A stretch of DNA of 64,000 nucleotides from contig JAIBAY010000001.1 in NCBI GenBank assembly GCA_019694975.1, forward strand, positions 128,732 to 192,731, given 5' to 3'. Within the stretch, counting starts at the first letter, position 1. Each line of letters starts with the position of its first letter. A program made the position numbers and the translations under genes. This document shows, piece by piece, positions 57,300 to 64,000 of the stretch. Source of the stretch: Chitinophagales bacterium (GTDB lineage: Bacteria; Bacteroidota; Bacteroidia; Chitinophagales; UBA10324). Below the pieces are notes generated by a model, which ran no database searches, was not told the origin of the DNA, and was given only the letters and a program-made list of their open reading frames with translations.

Positions 57300-57680
57300 A
57301 TGGACGCGATCAAATTTTTTCACCAGGAGGTGACGCAAAAGAAAGAATATCCCGATTTTAAAGCCGGCGATAATGTGACGGTAAACTATAAAATTATTGA
57401 AGGAAGCAAGGAACGGATCCAGGCTTATCGCGGAGAAGTGATTCAACGTAAAGGAAATGGTGCTACCCAAACCTTTACCGTACGCAAAATATCCAATGGT
57501 ATAGGTGTTGAACGCGTATTCCCATTGTTTTCGCCGAGTATCGAGAGCATAGAAGTGAATAAACATGGAAAAGTAAGAAGGGCCCGTATCTATTACATCC
57601 GGGATCTGAAAGGCAAAAAAGCCCGCATCAGGGAAAAAAGGATGCCGACTGCGACAACTGCCGTTACAGAAAACGCCTGA
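57300..57680 (+). CDS. rplS: 50S ribosomal protein L19
   Basis: Contains [11 protein letters not shown]...[29 protein letters not shown]...[21 protein letters not shown]. The ORF-track start at 57216 is an upstream extension. Confidence 0.95.
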   Translation: MDAIKFFHQEVTQKKEYPDFKAGDNVTVNYKIIEGSKERIQAYRGEVIQRKGNGATQTFTVRKISNGIGVERVFPLFSPSIESIEVNKHGKVRRARIYYIRDLKGKKARIREKRMPTATTAVTENA

Positions 57681-57698
57681 TAACATAATTGTTCCAAA

Positions 57699-57728
57699 AG
57701 CCCGTTGTGTTACCACAACGGGCTTTTT
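57699..57728 (+). terminator. rho-independent terminator after rplS (11-bp stem; A-run/T-run flanks, so possibly bidirectional and also serving pdxJ)
   Basis: AGCCCGTTGTG-TTAC-CACAACGGGCT followed by TTTT, and preceded by AAAA. Confidence 0.85.
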
Positions 57729-57839
57729 CATTGGCACCTATCCTGTTATGGAAAGCATTCGGAGTAGAACATTATAATCATTTGACACCCCGCATCACAA
57801 CCGCTGACGATACAAAAGTGCAGCGAGCCATGCAGGCTA

Positions 57840-58556
57840 TTAACCTTTCAGCTCGCGTAAATACATCTGAATAGTGTTCTCCAGCCCGAAGTATAAGGCA
57901 TCACATATCAAAGCATGGCCTATAGAAACTTCCTTTAACCAGGGAATTTGTTGTTTGAAGTAACGCAGATTTTTCAAATTCAGGTCGTGGCCTGCATTCA
58001 ATTCCAACCCGATTTCGGCAGCATACTTTGCCGCATGCACATAGCTCTCTATCGCTGATTGTTTATGCTCAGCAAACAGGGCAGCATAAGGGCCGGTATA
58101 TAATTCAACTCTCTCTGCACCAATTGTTTTAGCCATCTCAATAAACTGCTCAATCGGATCAATAAAGAGAGATACCCGGATACCCGCAGCATGTAAATCG
58201 GCAATCCGTTCCTGCAGGAAGGACTGGTGCCTGATGGTATCCCATCCCTGGTTACTCGTAATCACATTGGGTGCGTCGGGCACAAGAGTAGCCTGTGCCG
58301 GCCTGACACGCGACACCAGTTCCATAAACCTGCTATCTGGGAAGCCCTCGATGTTCAGCTCTGTTGTCACCACCTCCTTCAACTGCACTACATCATTGTA
58401 GCGGATATGCCGCTCATCGGGCCTTGGATGTACGGTTATTCCTTCAGCGCCAAAACGCTCACAGTCAGCAGCAACTTTGATTACATCCGGCAAATTGTGT
58501 CCTCGGGCATTTCGAAGGGTAGCAATTTTGTTAATGTTGACACTTAACCTAGTCAT
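57840..58556 (-). CDS. pdxJ: pyridoxine 5'-phosphate synthase
   Basis: Contains [19 protein letters not shown]..., HPRPDERH and NAGHDLN. Start moved to 58556, because the ORF-track extension overlaps the ahcY terminator. Confidence 0.9.
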   Translation of the reverse strand: MTRLSVNINKIATLRNARGHNLPDVIKVAADCERFGAEGITVHPRPDERHIRYNDVVQLKEVVTTELNIEGFPDSRFMELVSRVRPAQATLVPDAPNVITSNQGWDTIRHQSFLQERIADLHAAGIRVSLFIDPIEQFIEMAKTIGAERVELYTGPYAALFAEHKQSAIESYVHAAKYAAEIGLELNAGHDLNLKNLRYFKQQIPWLKEVSIGHALICDALYFGLENTIQMYLRELKG

Positions 58557-58575
58557 GATTATCTGATTCAGGTTC

Positions 58576-58612
58576 AGAAAAGAAAAGAGGAGTTTCACAA
58601 CAGAAACTCCTC
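58576..58612 (-). terminator. rho-independent terminator after ahcY
   Basis: The minus strand reads GAGGAGTTTC-TGTTGT-GAAACTCCTC followed by TTTTCTTTTCT. Confidence 0.65.
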
Positions 58613-58643
58613 CCGGATCATTTAGCAGCTGATGAACAAAATA

Positions 58644-59963
58644 TTAGTAGCGGTAATATTCCGGTTTGAACGGACCTTCTTTGGGAATGCCAAGATAGAT
58701 GGCCTGTTCTTCAGTCAGTTCATCAATTTCAACACCGATTTTAGCAAGATGCAGGCGGGCCACTTTTTCATCCAGATGTTTCGGCAGCGTGTAAACTTTA
58801 TGTTCATATTGATCGCTCCGCAGCCAGAGTTCCAGTTGCGCCAATACCTGATTAGTAAACGATGTTGACATTACAAAAGACGGGTGACCCATAGCCACGC
58901 CAAGGTTCACCAGGCGGCCTTCAGCCAGTATGATAATGTCCTTTCCGTCAATCGTGTATTTATCAACCTGCGGTTTGATAACCACCTTGGTGTGACCGTA
59001 ATTTTCATTCAGCCATGCCATGTCAAGCTCCACATCAAAATGCCCGATATTGCAAACAACTGTTTTGTCTTTCATCAGCCTGAAATGTTCTTCCCTTATC
59101 ACTCCATGACAACCTGATGCGGTAACAACAATGTCTGCTTCCCTGATGGCATCCATCATCTTCTTCACTTCATACCCTTCCATCGCTGCCTGCAGGGCAC
59201 AAATCGGGTCAATCTCTGTTACAATAACCCGGGCATTAGCGCCACTCAGTGACTCTGCCGATCCTTTACCTACATCGCCGAAGCCTGCAACGACGGCCAC
59301 TTTACCAGCCAGCATCAGGTCCGTTCCTCTCCTGATGGCATCGACGAGCGATTCGCGGCAGCCATACTTATTATCGAACTTGGATTTGGTTACAGAATCA
59401 TTGACATTAATAGCAGGCATCGGCAATGTGCCTTTGGCCATTCTTTCATATAAACGATGAACGCCGGTAGTAGTCTCCTCAGACAGGCCGCGAATGTGCG
59501 CAATCAGTTCCGGATAAACATCAAAAACCATGTTGGTGAGGTCACCGCCATCGTCAAGAATCATGTTCAACGGACGATCCGTGTTACCAAAAAAGAGTGT
59601 CTGTTCAATGCACCAGTTGAAATCAGCCTCATTCATTCCCTTCCAGGCAAATACCGGAATGCCTGCGGCGGCAATGGCAGCGGCGGCATGATCCTGTGTT
59701 GAAAAGATGTTGCAGGACGACCACCGTACTTCAGCGCCCAGTGCAGTCAGTGTTTCAATCAAGACGGCTGTTTGTATGGTCATGTGCAGGCAACCTGCTA
59801 TTCTTGCACCTTTCAGTGGTTTTTGCGCTCCATATTCTTCACGGATTGCCATAAGGCCCGGCATTTCCGCCTCGGCAAGTGCTATTTCTTTTCTACCCCA
59901 TTCAGCTAATGTGATGTCCTTAACTTTATAAGGAAGTGTTAATTCTAAAGTGCTTTTAGTCAT
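58644..59963 (-). CDS. ahcY: adenosylhomocysteinase
   Basis: 439 aa containing [12 protein letters not shown], the NAD-binding motif GFGDVGKG and GHFDVE. Confidence 0.95.
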   Translation of the reverse strand: MTKSTLELTLPYKVKDITLAEWGRKEIALAEAEMPGLMAIREEYGAQKPLKGARIAGCLHMTIQTAVLIETLTALGAEVRWSSCNIFSTQDHAAAAIAAAGIPVFAWKGMNEADFNWCIEQTLFFGNTDRPLNMILDDGGDLTNMVFDVYPELIAHIRGLSEETTTGVHRLYERMAKGTLPMPAINVNDSVTKSKFDNKYGCRESLVDAIRRGTDLMLAGKVAVVAGFGDVGKGSAESLSGANARVIVTEIDPICALQAAMEGYEVKKMMDAIREADIVVTASGCHGVIREEHFRLMKDKTVVCNIGHFDVELDMAWLNENYGHTKVVIKPQVDKYTIDGKDIIILAEGRLVNLGVAMGHPSFVMSTSFTNQVLAQLELWLRSDQYEHKVYTLPKHLDEKVARLHLAKIGVEIDELTEEQAIYLGIPKEGPFKPEYYRY

Positions 59964-60162
59964 TGGCGGATTAATTTTTTTAGTAGTAAGGCTGGCAAAA
60001 TTACAAAAGAGCGCTGTAAATGTTCATCTGTAATGAAAAGTAATACGGCCATCAATGCCAGCAGGCCTTTCCAAACCAGGCTTCTGACAACTGCATGACG
60101 GAGAAAAATGTGGCTGATACGAACTTTTTTCCTTCTTCAGACCTTTTCAACGCGATTCGATT

Positions 60163-60170
60163 TATTTTTG
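60163..60170 (+). promoter_or_regulatory. -7 box TATTTTTG upstream of the bacilliredoxin gene
   Basis: Exact TAnnTTTG match 20 nt upstream of the ATG at 60190. Confidence 0.45.
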
Positions 60171-60189
60171 CACCAAAATCCACAACCAT

Positions 60190-60603
60190 ATGTATCCAGC
60201 AGAAATGGTAATTCCCATGGCAAGAGAACTGACCAATGAAGGCTTTAAGGAATTAAAGACGGCCGAGGAAACGGCCGAAGCGATAAAAAATAACGCAGGC
60301 ACCATGTTATTGGTGGTTAATTCGGTTTGCGGCTGCGCAGCCGGCAGTGCCCGGCCGGGAATTATTGAATCGTTGCAGGGAGAGAAGAAACCCAACCATC
60401 TCTACACCGTTTTCGCAGGGGTCGATCAGGAAGCGACAAAAACGGCCCGCGAATTTTTGTTGCCCTACCCTCCTTCATCGCCGGCGATTGCTTTATTTAA
60501 AGACAATCAGCTTGTTCATATGGTAGAACGGCATCAGATTGAAGGACGGCCTGCATCCATCATTGCGAAACACCTCGAGCAGGTGTACGATCATTTTTGC
60601 TGA
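60190..60603 (+). CDS. BrxA/BrxB-family bacilliredoxin (DUF1094, YphP/YqiW-like)
   Basis: 137 aa containing MYPAEMVIPMARELT...VVNSVCGCAAG (CGC active site)...ALFKDNQLVHMVERHQIEGR. Confidence 0.8.
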   Translation: MYPAEMVIPMARELTNEGFKELKTAEETAEAIKNNAGTMLLVVNSVCGCAAGSARPGIIESLQGEKKPNHLYTVFAGVDQEATKTAREFLLPYPPSSPAIALFKDNQLVHMVERHQIEGRPASIIAKHLEQVYDHFC

Positions 60604-60666
60604 TTCACCTGCCATAACTTCTCCGGCATAAGGTTCTGATTTACTTTCCGGTAGCCTGTTGTATAC

Positions 60667-60690
60667 AGAGCCGGTTGCATTACCGGCTCT
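60667..60690 (+). terminator. 9-bp hairpin downstream of the bacilliredoxin gene (weak U-tract)
   Basis: AGAGCCGGT-TGCATT-ACCGGCTCT followed by TGT. Confidence 0.4.
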
Positions 60691-60744
60691 TGTACGTATC
60701 CTGTGACGGTAAGTAAAGTAGCTGTCTTTTATGCATCTTTGAAG

Positions 60745-61665
60745 GTGACTGAAAAGTGGTTCGTACTGATAAACCCTGCCGCTGCCGGCCATAAAGCCGG
60801 AAAGCACTGGCCGGTTATTGCTGAGCTTTTACATGAAGCCGGCATCAATTTCGAGCACCAGTTTTCAACCAGCGCAGCAGATGCCGTACAACAGGTAACA
60901 ACAGCCATTGATCAGGGATACAGGAAACTGATAGCTGTTGGTGGGGATGGCACGCTTAACCTGGCAGTGAACGGAATCCTGCAATAAAGTATTACGGATT
61001 CACGAAATATTACTTTAGGGCTTATCCCGATAGGCACCGGCAACGACTGGATTCGAACTCATAAAATTCCTGGATCAGCCAGACAAGCCGTTGCACTGAT
61101 AGCATCCGGCAAAAACGCATTGCATGATGCAGGCAAAATCAGTTTCATCAGCCGTGCTGTAGCCCCAAAATATTTTATTAACATGGCGGGCTTTGGCTTT
61201 CAGGGATTGGTGGCAGAGCGCATTGAAGGCGTTTCTTCCGGTATCAAAAAAGGAATTTTTGCATTTGTGCTGGGCATTTTTGATGCACTTTTCAGGTACC
61301 GCATTACAGATGTTTCTGTTGAGCTGGAAGACGGTGAAGTGAAGGGAATGATTTACAATATGAATGCCGGTATCGGCAAATATTGCGGCGGCGGCATGAA
61401 GATGGCGCCAGATGCCATCGATGATGATGGCCTGTTTGATATTACGATTGTGAGGGAGATCAGTAAAGCAGAAGTGATCATCAATATTCCCGGACTTTTC
61501 AGCGGAAATTTTTTGAAGCATAAGAAAGTAAGCAGGCACAGAAAGAAAAGCATGACCATCAAATCCACTCCATATCTTCCGGTTGAATGCGATGGTGAGG
61601 TGCTTGGATACGGCGATGTACACCTGCAAATAATTGAAAAATGCATCAGGGTAGTGGTTCCCTGA
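60745..61665 (+). pseudogene. YegS/BmrU/diacylglycerol-kinase-family lipid kinase interrupted by one in-frame TAA (60985-60987)
   Basis: ORFs 60703..60987 and 61120..61665 are in the same frame. Read-through gives ...[43 protein letters not shown]..., i.e. the GGDGT and GTGNDW motifs of a single DAGK_cat domain. The likely start is the GTG at 60745 (VTEKWFVLINPAAAG). Confidence 0.75.
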
Positions 61666-61815
61666 CGCCGGCACTTTTAAAACAACTACTCTAAACACTG
61701 CTGTTGGTAACGGCCTGCATGAGAAATGCAGAATGATCAATATGCGTTTACAACCGGCTGCGCCAATCTATATACCTCTGTCAGCAGCTAACTTCTTCAC
61801 AAACATGTTTGACAT

Positions 61816-61843
61816 AAAAAAAAGTCCGGCTGCGGGCCGGACT
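61816..61843 (-). terminator. rho-independent terminator after the T9SS esterase-like gene
   Basis: The minus strand reads AGTCCGGC-CCGCA-GCCGGACT followed by TTTTTTTT, about 25 nt after the stop at 61868. Confidence 0.85.
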
Positions 61844-61867
61844 CAATTCTCAATAAAAAAATGAAGT

Positions 61868-64000
61868 TTACTCTTTAATTACTTTGTAAGAATTGATCTG
61901 CTTTCCAGTTTTTGCCGTCACGATATAAATGCCGGCGGGATAGGATGACAGATCGAGTGCAATGTTATGGTCGCCTTCCTGCATCAGGCCATGGTTCACT
62001 TCGGTTAACCGTTCTCCCAGCAAATTGGTAATACTGATTTGTACTTCCGCAGTTTCAAGTAACGTGAGCTCCAATGTAGTGATGCCGTCGGTTGGATTGG
62101 GATAGACATTATCTGCGGTAGCGGTATGCTGAAATACCTGTGCACTGGTTGATTTTTCCTGGCCGCATTTGAATATTTTAATAAGGCTTCCGCCAGCTGC
62201 CTGCTGTGCGATCTTCACCTTCTTAAAAGTGATCAGACCATTACCGTTATTACTGGGGTGGTAGGTAAATGATTTAGATTGAATCAGGTTATTGCCCTGC
62301 CAGTTTTCCATGCAGATGATGGCACCATCACTGATATTTACGAATTGCTGCAGCCGCCTGGGCGTAATGTCTGTTTTAACATACTTAGGCAACCCATCAA
62401 ACGGGTACCAGCTGCTGTCGGTGAGCATAAACTGCGTAGAATAAACCAACGCCTGCCAGCTGTCAGTTGTTTCAGCAATAGTACTATCCACCCAGTTCAG
62501 TACACCATTTACCGAACCAATGGTGTCACCACTATAATACGGCGGTATAGGATTCACCTCACCTCCCGGATCATCATTCAGGCTGCAATTGGAAAATGCG
62601 GGATAAGAAAGCTTGGTGCTGTAACGCAGCAACTCATCGAGCGGCACATCCCTGATAGCATGATTGCCGCCTTTGTGTGCGCGCAAATCCCAGAAATACC
62701 ATCCGCCCGCTTTGAATTGATTCACCGATTTATAAAAAGGTATTTTTTCTTCCCAGCATGTTACGTTGTCTTCTTTTCCTGAGGTAAGGAACATCACAGG
62801 AAGCGAGTTATACTTGTTATCCTTAAGGAGCGTATTGTAATTGGCAAAGTCCCATATTTTGTAATTACCTGTTCCATTTATCTTAGGGAAGTCCGTTTCC
62901 AGGTTGGTCGCCAGCTTACCTAAAAATATTTCAGCACGATGCCTGGTTGATCCGTCAATATTCCATTTACACGTTGGATTATCATCGTTCAGGTATTCCG
63001 CATTCAGTTTTGCATTTACCACATCACATGCGGCAATACGGTCAGGATATAAGTAGGCCATCTCCAGGGCACCAGTACATCCGCTGGAAGACCCATGCAC
63101 AGAAATCCTGGCCGGATCAATTACATCCTTGTATTCTTCCAGGAACCAATCAAGCGTCCAGACAACGCGGGCAATGGTATAGGTTTTATCAATGCCGGTG
63201 GTAGGCGGCGGTGTATTTTCATTGGCATTATAAACATCGAAGTTTTCATTGTAGCCAATCCATTTTGTATTCTCACCGGAAACAGGATCCCAGCTGAAAT
63301 TCGGGATTACATCCTCCAGTGAAACCTTATACATTCCGTCAATTGCTTTATTGTTACTATTCTCATAAGCATTACCGCCACCGCCAAAGAAAAAGAAAGT
63401 GGCTGCCTTTTTTTCCGTGGTAACATAATCATCGGGAATGACACCAAAATTATAGACCAGGCATCCTTCGTTTCCGGTAGCCGGCGTAAACTGTGTTTTC
63501 ACATTACTGCCAAAGAAGGCAAAGGCATCATATAACATATCAGGCTTATCAGGCAACGGTATGTCATTAATCTGCAGAATGGGCTTCACCACCTCCACCT
63601 TTTCTGCAATGCCTGTAACAAGGGCATTGGCTCCCGGTACGATCTTCATATTTTCCACCTTAACTCCGCCGGCACCTGTGGAATCCGATGTAACTGCGTA
63701 GTAAACCGTTTTTTGCTTGTTACAGGTGGCTACAAACAAACCTTTCGTTTCATCCAGAGAGTCTAATGGATTTCGATTGATGACCAGGTAACGGTGCGGA
63801 TGAGCGGCATCAGTGCCGCCTTTCGTGCCGATATCGAGAAAATAATTCAGCGAAAAGTTATAAGGCACCTTGCCTGCATAATAGCAGCTGTCAATATTAC
63901 TATTCGTGATCGGATGGTCAAAGCGGTAGATGTAATAGAAACCGGTGTAATTGGGAATCACATTCCAGACAATAAAAGTCTGCCCGTTTCTATAGCTCGC
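61868..64000 (-). CDS. secreted alpha/beta-hydrolase-like (esterase) protein with T9SS type A C-terminal sorting domain; 5' end beyond the window
   Basis: Nucleophile-elbow-like motif VHGSSSGCTGA (GxSxG). The C-terminal roughly 80 aa (VYPNPTDGITTLEL...GIYIVTAKTGKQINSYKVIKE) match the Por_Secre_tail pattern. The frame stays open from 63961 to the window edge. Confidence 0.75.
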   Translation of the reverse strand, partial: ASYRNGQTFIVWNVIPNYTGFYYIYRFDHPITNSNIDSCYYAGKVPYNFSLNYFLDIGTKGGTDAAHPHRYLVINRNPLDSLDETKGLFVATCNKQKTVYYAVTSDSTGAGGVKVENMKIVPGANALVTGIAEKVEVVKPILQINDIPLPDKPDMLYDAFAFFGSNVKTQFTPATGNEGCLVYNFGVIPDDYVTTEKKAATFFFFGGGGNAYENSNNKAIDGMYKVSLEDVIPNFSWDPVSGENTKWIGYNENFDVYNANENTPPPTTGIDKTYTIARVVWTLDWFLEEYKDVIDPARISVHGSSSGCTGALEMAYLYPDRIAACDVVNAKLNAEYLNDDNPTCKWNIDGSTRHRAEIFLGKLATNLETDFPKINGTGNYKIWDFANYNTLLKDNKYNSLPVMFLTSGKEDNVTCWEEKIPFYKSVNQFKAGGWYFWDLRAHKGGNHAIRDVPLDELLRYSTKLSYPAFSNCSLNDDPGGEVNPIPPYYSGDTIGSVNGVLNWVDSTIAETTDSWQALVYSTQFMLTDSSWYPFDGLPKYVKTDITPRRLQQFVNISDGAIICMENWQGNNLIQSKSFTYHPSNNGNGLITFKKVKIAQQAAGGSLIKIFKCGQEKSTSAQVFQHTATADNVYPNPTDGITTLELTLLETAEVQISITNLLGERLTEVNHGLMQEGDHNIALDLSSYPAGIYIVTAKTGKQINSYKVIKE

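Noticed and set aside
59964-60189. SAH riboswitch upstream of ahcY.
   Set aside because: I could not find the conserved SAH-element core or a convincing pseudoknotted fold in the minus-strand leader.
1-64000. CRISPR arrays, transposases, integrases, restriction-modification systems, toxin-antitoxin pairs or known defence systems.
   Set aside because: No spaced direct-repeat array was seen, and none of the translated ORFs shows the hallmark motifs of these families.

Overview
This is a chromosomal, mostly core-gene window from a Bacteroidota-type genome. Lineage evidence: T9SS type A and type B C-terminal sorting domains, a PorP/SprF gene, a PorE-like OmpA gene, recurrent TAnnTTTG -7 promoter boxes and the futalosine-pathway gene mqnB. 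GC content was not computed. I call about 57 protein-coding genes, 2 tRNAs (Arg-CCT, Leu-TAG), several intrinsic terminators and several -7 boxes. Housekeeping content includes queD/tgt/queA, ccmE-ccmF, tig-clpP-clpX, an RSH (p)ppGpp enzyme, fur, purA, pabB, dprA, rsmG, dnaB, ispD, rarA, pyrD, rsmE, pckA, rplS, pdxJ and ahcY. The only accessory-like block is 41.3-49.6 kb: two tandem paralogous adhesins (choice-of-anchor-L, Calx-beta, Ig-like repeats, type B CTD) followed by porP/sprF and a porE-like gene. I found no CRISPR array, transposase, integrase, toxin-antitoxin pair or recognisable defence gene. I did not find convincing evidence for a wholly new multi-gene system. The observations most worth a second look are: (1) two otherwise intact genes, the upstream adhesin paralog and a YegS/BmrU-type lipid kinase, each interrupted by one in-frame stop codon with an undecayed frame downstream; (2) a compact promoter + 11-bp inverted repeat + T-run unit enclosing a G10/C10 tract, a candidate small RNA; (3) a GC-rich tRNA-like element next to tRNA-Leu that duplicates its T-arm; (4) a bipartite protein with a lysine/alanine-rich half and a polyacidic half; (5) a CxxxY-type CcmE. 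Several ORF-track starts are probably too far upstream; I moved them where a conserved N-terminus or a -7 box supports an internal start.
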